From positions 1 through 64,000 of the IMG/VR virus record IMGVR_UViG_3300038393_001027: 64,000 nucleotides of DNA. One strand, 5' to 3'. Positions 55,663 through 64,000 of the stretch are shown here, one piece after another (position 1 is the stretch's first letter; every line of letters begins with the position of its first letter). Position numbers and translations under genes: made by a program. Below the pieces are notes generated by a model that had not been told where the DNA came from, searched no databases, and was given only the letters and a program-made list of their open reading frames with translations. Source of the stretch: a virus.

Positions 55663-56813
55663 TTCCGGCGTTCCTCCTTGCCCTTGGCCCACTGCTCCAT
55701 CTGCTCCAGCGTTTTGAAGAAGGTGGCCTCTTGCTTGTCACTGGCAAACTCGCCGTACTGCACGAGGCGCCCCATGATGTCGTCCAGCATGGCGAACTTC
55801 TCAGCTTGGCTGGGCATCCACTGGCCCAAGCTGGGATTGAAACCCTTCTTCTCGCTCCACTTGATGTGTGCGATGGCCTCCACCCGGCTGATCACGCCCT
55901 GCCACTTGTTCACGTTGGAGGCCTCATCCTGTGGCTGGGACCGCTTCATCTGCTTCTCGACGGCGGCGATCATGCCCTCGGTGGGGATCCAACCTGTGAC
56001 GTCGCTCAGGTAACGGCCGAACTTCTGGCGCATGGACGCCCAGAACTCGTTGCCCGGATCCTCAGCGGCCTTTTGCTGGATGAACTCCATGTGGGTACCG
56101 AACTTAGCCTTGCGCTCCGCAAGCTGGGCGGCCTCGGCCGCCTTACGCTCGGCCTGCAGGCGTTGGATCTCTGCGTCGGCGGTCTCTTTGGCTTCCGCCA
56201 GCTTGCCGATGGGGTTATCCAGCATGTGCCTACGGGCAAACTCGATGATGCCGCCCATCTTCTTCTCGCCATGCTCACCAGACTCGATGGCCCGCCGGGC
56301 CTCGAAGAGCGGGTGTGGCAGGAAGGCGTTCTCACCGTTCAGGGCCTTGAAGGCCTTGATGTAGTCCAGTACGTCCTTAAACCGCTCAACATAGGTGACC
56401 TTACGCTCAGCGGCACGAGCCTCCTTCTGCTTCTTCTGGAACTCCTTTTGAAGCTCGGCTGTCTTCAGTTCCGCCAGCCGGGCCTGCGACGGGTTCACGA
56501 TGGCGTAGTTACCCAGACAGTCGCACCCAAGCACACGCTCCCGGAAGATGTCGCCGGGTCCCGTCTGCCAGCACACCTGCTTGTAAATGATCGGGTGCCC
56601 GCAAAGCTGGCAGGAGACCGGGATCGGGATGCCGTTGGGTAACCGTGACTCTTCCGTGTGGCCGTACTTGATGTATTTGGCCGGGTCGTCACCGTCAGGG
56701 ATCCCCCAAGCCTGTAGCTGTTCGATGATGCGTCGTTCGTAGTTCCGGGCCTGTGCGCTGTTGCCGAAGGTACCCTCGATCTTCTGCGCCGCCGCCGTTG
56801 CCTTCTTAGGCAT
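55659..56813 (-). CDS. Hypothetical protein with Zn ribbon and coiled coils
   Basis: CQLCGHPI..LGCDC; GGGAGG RBS. Confidence 0.75.
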   Translation of the reverse strand: MPKKATAAAQKIEGTFGNSAQARNYERRIIEQLQAWGIPDGDDPAKYIKYGHTEESRLPNGIPIPVSCQLCGHPIIYKQVCWQTGPGDIFRERVLGCDCLGNYAIVNPSQARLAELKTAELQKEFQKKQKEARAAERKVTYVERFKDVLDYIKAFKALNGENAFLPHPLFEARRAIESGEHGEKKMGGIIEFARRHMLDNPIGKLAEAKETADAEIQRLQAERKAAEAAQLAERKAKFGTHMEFIQQKAAEDPGNEFWASMRQKFGRYLSDVTGWIPTEGMIAAVEKQMKRSQPQDEASNVNKWQGVISRVEAIAHIKWSEKKGFNPSLGQWMPSQAEKFAMLDDIMGRLVQYGEFASDKQEATFFKTLEQMEQWAKGKEERRK

Positions 56814-56865
56814 GTGAAACCCTCCCTATTGCTGTTGGGGCCGGGTGGGTCCGGCCCCTACCTCT

Positions 56866-56886
56866 ATTCTAAACGAAACTGGACAA
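56866..56886 (-). promoter_or_regulatory. Class II promoter followed by a 5' hairpin
   Basis: TTGTCCAG TTTCGTT TAGAAT, then GGGGCCGG..CCGGCCCC and an RBS. Confidence 0.6.
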
Positions 56887-56888
56887 TC

Positions 56889-57344
56889 TTACTCAATCGG
56901 CGCGTAGAAGGCAACAGGCTCCCCTGTCACGTTGTCATGGCGGCTGATGACTGTGAAGCCCTTCGTGTCCAGATCCTTTTGGCGGGACTGTCGGACGACT
57001 TCCATGTACTCAGCGCCCCGGTCCCGGTAGCGGTCCCGCTTGTAGTAGCGGTTCATGAACTCTTCCAGCGTCTTGACGTCGGTCACCCTGTACTTGCGGG
57101 CGCTCTCATAAGCGCCCCAGTACTCCTCCACCTTGCCGTTTCGCCGGAAGGTCATGAAGGTATAGTCACCCCGCGTGACCTTCAGGACATGCGCGGCGGC
57201 GTTCGAGGCATCCGGGTTGTCGATGAGGAACTGCCGAGCGGCGGCGACGGCCTCCTCTTCGGTCTCGAAGAAGTGATCCTTGTTTAGGGGCTTGGTCGCA
57301 TCAAAGCTGTCAATCACAGTCTGCAGGCCGTAGGGCTTCGTCAT
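56889..57344 (-). CDS. Hypothetical protein
   Basis: AAGGAGG RBS. Confidence 0.7.
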   Translation of the reverse strand: MTKPYGLQTVIDSFDATKPLNKDHFFETEEEAVAAARQFLIDNPDASNAAAHVLKVTRGDYTFMTFRRNGKVEEYWGAYESARKYRVTDVKTLEEFMNRYYKRDRYRDRGAEYMEVVRQSRQKDLDTKGFTVISRHDNVTGEPVAFYAPIE

Positions 57345-57380
57345 GGTGATAGCCTCCTTGGGTGTGGTTGGGGATCGGGT

Positions 57381-57923
57381 CTAGTCAGTGAAGATCGATC
57401 GGAACTTGACGACCCAGCAGAGGCGCTGGTGCCGATCTGCAAAGTAGTGGCCGTCCAGATAGGTTTGGCCGATGCCGTCAAAACCGCTGGAACCCAACTG
57501 CGGAAACCGCTTCATGGCCTCCGGCCACACCGTCTTGGCCCACTCCTCAATCTGAGCCTTCGTGACCACCTGCGGGTCTACCATCACGGCATAGAGCGTC
57601 TCACTGTCGGCATAGGGACGGGGCTGGCCTGCGGCGATGCAGACCACGTAGTTGCCCGATAGCAGTTGTGGCTTACGGTCAAACTGGCCGTAGCCTTCGA
57701 GTCGGGGCGTATAGCTGGAATCAGGCGCCGGGGCCGAGGCGCCATTAGCTACGTAGCCGTTCATAGCAAAGTTCCGGGCCGTGTCCATCGCCGCCTTGAA
57801 GTCCAGTCGCATGAAACCCTGCATGGGAAGCCCGTTCTCACAGACGTCGTGCTTGTCACGCTGATCAGGATTCCGTCGTACGCTAAACCGATGCGCCGTG
57901 TAAGGATAAGTCACTTCAGTCAC
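57381..57923 (-). CDS. Hypothetical protein
   Basis: AAGGAGG upstream; tightly packed. Confidence 0.65.
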   Translation of the reverse strand: MTEVTYPYTAHRFSVRRNPDQRDKHDVCENGLPMQGFMRLDFKAAMDTARNFAMNGYVANGASAPAPDSSYTPRLEGYGQFDRKPQLLSGNYVVCIAAGQPRPYADSETLYAVMVDPQVVTKAQIEEWAKTVWPEAMKRFPQLGSSGFDGIGQTYLDGHYFADRHQRLCWVVKFRSIFTD

Positions 57924-58125
57924 CCTCCTTGCTGTTGGTCGGCGGCTTCAGCGGCTGGAAGTTGGTGTCGATGCCCAACCGGGTGCACTCCTTCTCAATG
58001 GCCGCATGGGCAAGGTTCAACTTCTCCTGCAGGTCGGCGGCCTCCACCGGATCAGTGGTTCGGCGCGGGGCATCTTTCAGATTCCGAGCCTCGATGTTCA
58101 GGAAGCAAAGTCGGTTTGTGTCCAT
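57916..58125 (-). CDS. Small hypothetical protein
   Basis: First gene after element copy 14. Confidence 0.6.
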   Translation of the reverse strand: MDTNRLCFLNIEARNLKDAPRRTTDPVEAADLQEKLNLAHAAIEKECTRLGIDTNFQPLKPPTNSKEGD

Positions 58126-58134
58126 AGTGGTATC

Positions 58135-58178
58135 CCTCCTCATTATTGTCGTACACCGGGCTACATGGGCTGTGACAA
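58135..58178 (-). promoter_or_regulatory. Class I cassette element, copy 14 (no hairpin; RBS follows directly)
   Basis: TTGTCACAG CCCATGTAGCCC GGTGTAC GACAA TAATGAGGAGG. Confidence 0.8.
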
Positions 58179-58193
58179 CAGCTTTTCTGGACT

Positions 58194-58214
58194 AGTTTAC
58201 CCGACTTTGGACAA
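58194..58214 (-). promoter_or_regulatory. Class II promoter in tandem with copy 14
   Basis: TTGTCCAA AGTCGGG TAAACT. Confidence 0.55.
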
Positions 58215-58296
58215 ATTAAACCCCGGCGCCCGGCCGGGGTTCAGCGGTTGCCCGGCGCCCAGCCGGGGTGCATATGGGTGAAGCGACCGGGGTATC

Positions 58297-58725
58297 CTAG
58301 TTCTGCGGAGGTACCGCCGCCGATGGTGCCGTCTTGGGTTTGTTCCAGTGCACTGCCGCTTCAAGGGCCGTCTCGATGGCGGTGCGCATCGCCTTCAACT
58401 CGTTGTCGTCAACATCAATATCAACCTTCAGTAGATCTTCCACCATCTCAACGGCCCGATCGAGCCGTTCCTCAGGTGCCAACTGACCTGACTTCCACAA
58501 CTGTTCGACCGCCGCGTAGGCCGTGTGTGCGTGCTGGATGATCAACTCTGCGATGTTCCTGTGCTGGGGGTCCTTGTCCAGCTTGGCCGCTAGTCGATCG
58601 GCCGCCCCAATAACAGCCTGCGCAACCTGAAGAACCGGATCAAGGCTCTTACCACGCTTCAACAGCGCGGAAAACACTTCCACGACGACAACGATGATAA
58701 ACACAACCACAAAGTCTTGCCACAC
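58297..58725 (-). CDS. Holin, LL-H-like
   Basis: N-terminal TM helix; AYAAVEQL..RLDRA..AIETALEAAV; next to the endolysin. Confidence 0.6.
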   Translation of the reverse strand: MWQDFVVVFIIVVVVEVFSALLKRGKSLDPVLQVAQAVIGAADRLAAKLDKDPQHRNIAELIIQHAHTAYAAVEQLWKSGQLAPEERLDRAVEMVEDLLKVDIDVDDNELKAMRTAIETALEAAVHWNKPKTAPSAAVPPQN

Positions 58726-58854
58726 AGTAAGACCTCCCTAATCAATCTTGGACAAAACGAGTTTCCACGTTCAATCTAAAAGCTCCTGCTTCTGAAAGAA
58801 AGTTGACTTTGAGAATCCCAACATAAGCCGCCTACTACAGGCGTTTACATAGCA

Positions 58855-58887
58855 GAAGGGTGTTGCGTTTTAAGCGCAACACCCTTC
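58855..58887. terminator. Hairpin terminator after the endolysin
   Basis: GAAGGGTGTTGCG..CGCAACACCCTTC. Confidence 0.7.
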
Positions 58888-58894
58888 AAAACAC

Positions 58895-59611
58895 CTATCG
58901 GGACTTGATCACCCGCTGAAGCATTAAGGCAAACTCCCACCACTGCACAGGCTGGTAAGGATGCCGGACCGTCTGCAGGAAAGACTGTTCCTTTCCATCG
59001 ATGGTCACCTTGATCTGCGTTAGGTCCTGCACAGCCTTGTACTGCCAGTCGTCAGCCTTCCCGTAAGCTGTGGACCACTCCACAAGCTTAGCACTAACGG
59101 CGCCCCGGAAGTCAGGGAAGCTCTTACCGTACCGGGCGAAGAAGGCGATCGGATCCTGATGATCGGTCTCACTCGGGTAAAGCTTGGAGATGTCAGCATG
59201 GCTCTTGAGCTTCTCCGTGGCCCAGCCCATCCGCCAGCAGATGTCAGCGGCCAGCCAAACTGCCCGGTTCCATGCCTCAGTGAACTGCCGAACCTGCTCA
59301 GCCCAAGCGAGCTTCGTGTCAGGCTCACAGATCTCCATGGAAAGGGCCTTCTTGTTGGCTGTTGGACCCTGTGCTGGGGCCAGCATGCCTTCAGGTACCA
59401 CGCAGGAGATGGAATCCCAGTCAAGGTAGTAGTTGGCCCAGCCGTGCTGGCGGGCGCTGTTCAGCCACTTGTAGTGAGCCTCATCACCTACGCCGGGGTT
59501 GGCCGTGCTGTGGATGACCAGATACTCAGGCTGAATCGGAATTCGCTCCTGAATGGCATCGTCCAGCAGACGCTGAAAGACCGGGTACTCGGGCCGCAAC
59601 GGGTACGTCAT
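58895..59611 (-). CDS. N-acetylmuramoyl-L-alanine amidase endolysin (Amidase_2)
   Basis: LVIHSTAN, SMEICE, SHADIS, DHQDP. Confidence 0.85.
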   Translation of the reverse strand: MTYPLRPEYPVFQRLLDDAIQERIPIQPEYLVIHSTANPGVGDEAHYKWLNSARQHGWANYYLDWDSISCVVPEGMLAPAQGPTANKKALSMEICEPDTKLAWAEQVRQFTEAWNRAVWLAADICWRMGWATEKLKSHADISKLYPSETDHQDPIAFFARYGKSFPDFRGAVSAKLVEWSTAYGKADDWQYKAVQDLTQIKVTIDGKEQSFLQTVRHPYQPVQWWEFALMLQRVIKSR

Positions 59612-60165
59612 GGCTGACTCTCCTCCTTGTTCCGGGGCTTCAGCTTTTCAAGGGCCATGTCCTTTAGACGCTGAATGCGCCAAACTAAGAGCACCTCCAG
59701 CGCCTTGTGACCGTACCACTTCATGTTGATCCACGTCTCAGCGATGCTGGCGGCCTCGAAGACGTTGTAGCCAATCACCAGCGCATCCCGGACCATGTGT
59801 CCTTGCCCGAGGGACATATCGATCTGATGCACAAGCCAGATCCAGCCCCACATGGCGGCCTTCTTCGACAGGCCTTTGATGCCGATGTCGCTCCGGAACG
59901 TTGGATAGTGCTTACCCCGCCCCATCAGAGCGGCCAACACCCCAAACAGGAAGCCAACACTCTGCAACCGAATAAGAATTCCCATCTGGTTCGTTACCCC
60001 CCCTAGGTGGCGGTCCACTAATGAGAGGGCAAGCATTCCAGCACCGACGAACAGACCCCCAACGGTCTGCAACTTCGCTATAACGCCGGAAAATAGCTGG
60101 ATCTGCTCATCGGCGAACTCTGCAAGACCTGTCAGCAGTTGCATGATTGAAACTCCCCCTGCCAT
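59608..60165 (-). CDS. Holin (Phage_holin_4 / TcdE-like)
   Basis: SDIGIKGLSKK..QID..EAASIAE; several TM segments; ATGA-coupled to the amidase. Confidence 0.7.
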   Translation of the reverse strand: MAGGVSIMQLLTGLAEFADEQIQLFSGVIAKLQTVGGLFVGAGMLALSLVDRHLGGVTNQMGILIRLQSVGFLFGVLAALMGRGKHYPTFRSDIGIKGLSKKAAMWGWIWLVHQIDMSLGQGHMVRDALVIGYNVFEAASIAETWINMKWYGHKALEVLLVWRIQRLKDMALEKLKPRNKEESQP

Positions 60166-60330
60166 GTGTCATGTGAATATTGGGGGTCAGGAGGAGGAAT
60201 TTTAGGTCACTAAGGACAATTTGGCCGTTTTCTCCGGAAAACCTTCTTGGGCGCTCAAAATCCTTGGCGGAGCACTATTTGAAGGGAAAAATAAGAGCAG
60301 ATGGAATTAAACTCCATCTGCTCTTATGTG

Positions 60331-61212
60331 TTAGGCAACGAGCTTGCGACCTACGTAAGCGACTGTGGCCGCGCTGGGCAGGTTCAAGCGAATGTAGTTG
60401 GTGTTATCGATGCGGTATGGTCCATAAGCGGACATAAACATGGAATTAGCACCCTGCACACCGTTCGCCATCGTATATACAGACAGAGACGAGGGCGAGT
60501 CGGTATAAATCCCATCAATAATCCAGTCCTCACCAACGGGCGGGCGGATGTCGAAGTTGCCTGCACCAAGCGCTTGTGAGGCAAATACCCGTGAGCTAAG
60601 GAAGTCAGCTTCGTCAAACTCAAGTACGTACGCCGTCAAGGTTACTGTTGAACCTGAGTTATTTCGGATTGACAGCGGCTTATCGCGCCAACTCCACATA
60701 TCCATGCGGCCGTTGGCACTCGCACTCGAACCAAGCATGGCACCAAGATGTAAACCACCGCCGGAGTTCAGCCACGTAGTGCCGCCATTCAGTGAGATGT
60801 CTGCGACAAAATTCACTTGCGATGCGCCACTGTTATTAGCCAAATACAAAAAGCGCCACAGTTTATTTACAGGCGGCTGAAGTAGCAATCTACCGCCATT
60901 AACCACACTGGCCGAAGGACGTTGAGGGATATACGGTGCGGTTGATGTTGTAAACTTATGGCCTGACAAGTAGATCGCGGAAGTACCTGCAGGGGTGATG
61001 ATCAAAGGTACGGCACTGGTGAAGGCGGGTGCCAAGGTCGCTCGGGAACCTGCTGTAAGTTGTCCAAAACCTACAATACTTGCGATGCCTGTTGTACCCA
61101 GCGACACGTTGTTATTGTTAGATATGGCAGAGTTCAAGATCCAAACTTCATTAGCAGGGATCGTGGGTGTTACAGCAACAGACCCGTTAAACATATATTG
61201 CCATGTAGCCAT
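60331..61212 (-). CDS. Tail fibre-associated / receptor-binding protein
   Basis: Beta-rich protein directly after the tail fibre; visibly lower GC. Confidence 0.5.
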   Translation of the reverse strand: MATWQYMFNGSVAVTPTIPANEVWILNSAISNNNNVSLGTTGIASIVGFGQLTAGSRATLAPAFTSAVPLIITPAGTSAIYLSGHKFTTSTAPYIPQRPSASVVNGGRLLLQPPVNKLWRFLYLANNSGASQVNFVADISLNGGTTWLNSGGGLHLGAMLGSSASANGRMDMWSWRDKPLSIRNNSGSTVTLTAYVLEFDEADFLSSRVFASQALGAGNFDIRPPVGEDWIIDGIYTDSPSSLSVYTMANGVQGANSMFMSAYGPYRIDNTNYIRLNLPSAATVAYVGRKLVA

Positions 61213-61213
61213 A

Positions 61214-63676
61214 CTATGCACCTCCAATCTGCAGAGCGATGATCTTAGCTCGTGCATCAACCTGTGACTGGGTTAGGCCGGGCGATGACCAGTTTACCCC
61301 GTCTGAAGACGTTAGAATGGCACCTGTCGCCAGATCAAAGGTCACACGAGCGCCCACAACCACTCCAGCGGCTGTGATTTCAATGAAGCGCACAAGTGAC
61401 CCGCTGATCTCCAGTCGAAAGGACTTTGCCCCTGCTGTGGTGTCGATCACATCAAGCTGAGGTGCCGCCGCTGTGACAACATGGCCTGTAGCGGCGATCT
61501 CGCCAGTTGCATCACGCTGAACGATGGTGTTTGCCGTACCTGTCGTGCTGGGAGACTGCCCTCCAAGCTTAGCAGAGTCACCCACCCGGCCGTTGGGGTC
61601 TGTGACGGCTACGGAGTTGGCTGTTGTGCCGCCTGCAGAGGTTGCAGTGCGGTAGGTACCACCGGAGTCCTTCAGGGCGTTGGCCCGCCCAACGGCTCCG
61701 TTGGGGTCTGTGACGGCTACGGAGTTCGCTGTTGTGCCGCCTGCCGTCGTAGGTAGGAAGCCCCCCAGCGTCTTAGCGTCCTGCACGAGCTTACCAGCGC
61801 CGTCCAGTGTCGCCACACCACTGTTGGAGCCTTTATCTGTAGTCGGGATGTAGCTAAGCGGCGGGATTTGCGCCACTGGGATGAGCGATGAGCCATCCAG
61901 CGTTGCCACACCACTGGCGGCGCCCTTCTGGCTGGTCAGGATGTAGCTCGACAGGTCGCTCGTGCGTGCGATTCCTGCCGGAATCTGCGCATCTGGGATC
62001 TTCGTCGTGGCGTCCAGCGTCGCCACACCGCTGGCCGCGCCTTTGGCCGTGTTGGGTACATAGCTGGACAGATCGCTGACGCGGGCGATGGTGGTTGGGA
62101 TCTGCGCTACAGGAATGAGCGTTGATGCATCCAGCGTCGCTACACCGTTGGCGGCGCCCTTCTGCGCGGATGGGATGTAGCTGAGCGGTGGAATCTGCGC
62201 CACTGGGATGAGGGTGCTGGCATCCAGCGTCGCTACACCGTTGGCGGCACCCTTCTGAGTGGTTGGGACGTAGCTAGATAGGGCGGTCGTACGGGCAATT
62301 CCAGCCGGGATCTGCGCGTCCGGAATTAGCCCAGTCCCATCCAGTGTAGCCACACCATTTATGGCGCCGCGCTGGCTCGTTGGGACGTAGGCCAGCGTCG
62401 GAATCTGGGCAACTGGGATGAGGGCGCCCGCATCCAGCGTTGCTACACCGTTGGCGGCACCCTTCTGAGTGGTTGGGACGTAGCTGGACAACCCAGTCGT
62501 GCGCACGATGTTGGCGGGAATCTGGGTGTCAGGGATCAGTCCAGATCCGTCCAGAGAGGCAACACCGTTGACAGCGCCCCGCTGTGCCGTTGTCAGGTAG
62601 CTTCCCAGCGCCGTGGTAAGCTCCGAGTCGGTCACATAGGCGGCAGGAATCTGGCTGGTCGGGATCAAACCAGACCCATCCAGCGACGCAACACCGTTGA
62701 CTGCACCGCGCTGGCTGGTCGGGATGTAGCTGAGGGCCGGAATCTGCGCCACTGGGATCTTCGTCGTCGCATCCAGCGTCGCCACGCCGTTAGCGACGCC
62801 CTTATCACTGGTCGGGACGTAGTTCATGGCGGGCAACTGGGCCGAAGGCACCTTACCCGTGCCGTCCAGCGTCGCCACGCCGTTAGCGGCGCCCTTGGCG
62901 GTCGCTAACACGAACCGGGCGTCCAATTCGGGCATCGTGCCATCCTGCTTGACCGAAAGGAGGGTTGTCCCAGCAAAGTTCTGCACGTCGATGATCTTGT
63001 CAGTCGTCAACAAATCCCCGATCGGTCTCACAACGAGACCGGGCGCCCGGTGCGCTACATAGGGCCGGGCCTTGGCGATGTTGACGTCCGGGATGGTCGT
63101 GGCGTTGGCGGGAACCGTAATCACAGCCAGCTTCTGATAGCCAGCAGGCAGAGAAGGTTCAGCAGGAACAGCGGCCGCCACACCGTGCACAACCGTGATG
63201 CTAAAGTGGTTTTGCTTCCGGGTCGCAACGCTCTGGGTGTAGGACGTGCTTGTGCCCGTGTTCCAGAACGTCCGGCTCGCCACATCAGTATCCTGTGTGG
63301 CGAACTTGATACCAACCACGGTCTTGCGCGGGTTGGTAGCGTTGGCGGCCTGACCAGTACCCCAGATGCCAGCGCCTTGGTTCTCAGTGCCGGACAGGAT
63401 GTTGAGGGTCTGGTCGGCCGTCACTTCGATCAAACCCAGATTCACACCGTCGATGGCGGCGCCCGCCTTCAGGGCCACGGTGGCGGCACCGGACCCCAGC
63501 ACGTTCAAACCCCAGAGGGGCTGGAAGACGTTCGTCGTCCCATTCTGCACAGCACCGCCGAGGGCGATGAGGCCAACAGTCGTGTTGGAAAGGGCGAGCG
63601 TTTCACCTGCGGTCAGGTCACCTACAGTGATCTGCTCCAGATCAGAGAAGGCGATCACCTTTTGATTCCCGGCCAT
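61214..63676 (-). CDS. Tail fibre protein with 11 (K/R)GxxxGVA(T/S)LD repeats
   Basis: Repeated KGAANGVATLD..IP.AQIP units; lies between the baseplate and lysis genes. Confidence 0.85.
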   Translation of the reverse strand: MAGNQKVIAFSDLEQITVGDLTAGETLALSNTTVGLIALGGAVQNGTTNVFQPLWGLNVLGSGAATVALKAGAAIDGVNLGLIEVTADQTLNILSGTENQGAGIWGTGQAANATNPRKTVVGIKFATQDTDVASRTFWNTGTSTSYTQSVATRKQNHFSITVVHGVAAAVPAEPSLPAGYQKLAVITVPANATTIPDVNIAKARPYVAHRAPGLVVRPIGDLLTTDKIIDVQNFAGTTLLSVKQDGTMPELDARFVLATAKGAANGVATLDGTGKVPSAQLPAMNYVPTSDKGVANGVATLDATTKIPVAQIPALSYIPTSQRGAVNGVASLDGSGLIPTSQIPAAYVTDSELTTALGSYLTTAQRGAVNGVASLDGSGLIPDTQIPANIVRTTGLSSYVPTTQKGAANGVATLDAGALIPVAQIPTLAYVPTSQRGAINGVATLDGTGLIPDAQIPAGIARTTALSSYVPTTQKGAANGVATLDASTLIPVAQIPPLSYIPSAQKGAANGVATLDASTLIPVAQIPTTIARVSDLSSYVPNTAKGAASGVATLDATTKIPDAQIPAGIARTSDLSSYILTSQKGAASGVATLDGSSLIPVAQIPPLSYIPTTDKGSNSGVATLDGAGKLVQDAKTLGGFLPTTAGGTTANSVAVTDPNGAVGRANALKDSGGTYRTATSAGGTTANSVAVTDPNGRVGDSAKLGGQSPSTTGTANTIVQRDATGEIAATGHVVTAAAPQLDVIDTTAGAKSFRLEISGSLVRFIEITAAGVVVGARVTFDLATGAILTSSDGVNWSSPGLTQSQVDARAKIIALQIGGA

Positions 63677-63689
63677 TCATATTCACCCC

Positions 63690-64000
63690 TTACTGCTTCT
63701 GGTAGACGACGCGGGTACCCGCGAGCTTCGTCTCTTCGGTGATCTCCCGCACAAGGCTGTCGATCGTACCAAGAGCGCTGATGACCGGGGCGATGAAGCC
63801 TTGATTGGCCTGCCCTAAGTAGGTCTTGCCTACGAAGAGGCCGTTTGAGTTGGCGGAATCACCTTGGTAAGAAAGCTTGATCAGGAAAGAGTTCTGGAAG
63901 TCGTTGTACGCGCCTACCGTATAATCCTTGTCAACGGCGGTTCCGACTCCGTACTCCGTCACCGTTGCGTTGTTGGCAACTCCCTGTAGGGCCTTTACGA
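63690..64000 (-). CDS. 3' end of a probable baseplate/tail protein (truncated by the window)
   Basis: Ends TKLAGTRVVY, reminiscent of baseplate wedge proteins; directly upstream of the tail fibre. Confidence 0.45.
   Translation of the reverse strand, partial: VKALQGVANNATVTEYGVGTAVDKDYTVGAYNDFQNSFLIKLSYQGDSANSNGLFVGKTYLGQANQGFIAPVISALGTIDSLVREITEETKLAGTRVVYQKQ

Noticed and set aside
7679-56642. Long plus-strand ORFs (for example 7679-8740, 9875-10912, 36324-37235, 41367-42356, 55647-56642)
   Set aside because: They are antisense shadows of GC-rich minus-strand genes, with no RBS or recognisable motifs.
7498-58178. Integron attC sites or CRISPR repeats as the identity of the dispersed element
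   Set aside because: There are no RYYYAAC...GTTRRRY ends and no whole-element palindrome, no integrase is in the window, and copies are separated by whole gene groups.
60331-63676. Diversity-generating retroelement or invertible tail fibre system
   Set aside because: No reverse transcriptase, invertase or adenine-specific template/variable repeat pair was seen. The repeats are in-frame protein repeats.
1-64000. tRNA genes, introns/inteins or stop-codon recoding
   Set aside because: None was recognised by eye. Conserved genes are uninterrupted, and TAG, TGA and TAA all end genes normally. A tRNAscan/Infernal run would be needed to exclude RNA genes.

Overview
The window is a 64 kb slice of a large, GC-rich (roughly 60-65% by eye) tailed phage, or possibly a phage-plasmid. 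Nearly all genes are on the minus strand. SpoVS-, SpoIIIAC-, YodL- and DUF1540-like genes point to a spore-forming, high-GC Bacillota host (inference). In transcription order (right to left) it holds a baseplate gene end, a repeat-rich tail fibre, a lysis cassette (two holins around an Amidase_2 endolysin), an accessory region of small genes with an AT-rich origin-like spacer, dCMP deaminase and an SNF2 helicase. Next comes a replication and nucleotide block: SSB-like protein, primase-MCM fusion, PolA, atypical ThyX, Tmk, RuvC, class II RNR, Cas4-like nuclease, HD protein, SpoVS and an SLT. A second accessory region follows, with a beta-clamp homolog, a DnaD-like initiator, MazG, a probable small terminase and a 31-bp tandem repeat at the edge. 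Three things stand out. (1) A dispersed ~60-bp element (minus strand TGTCACAG-N12-GGTGTAC-N5-TAATGAGGGGG, then a GC hairpin and RBS) occurs 14 times and divides the accessory regions into cassettes. Six unrelated upstream ORFs read into it in the same frame and stop inside it, which suggests a promoter that is also a cassette-shuffling site. (2) The only plus-strand island encodes a YdjM-like membrane protein, a SpoIIIAC-like peptide, a VirD4/TrwB-type coupling ATPase and a Replic_Relax nuclease behind sigma-K-like promoters. This is a candidate sporulation-linked DNA transfer system. (3) A second promoter class, TTGTCCAR-N7-(-10 hexamer), occurs at 8 sites. All annotations come from reading motifs by eye; no database searches were run.
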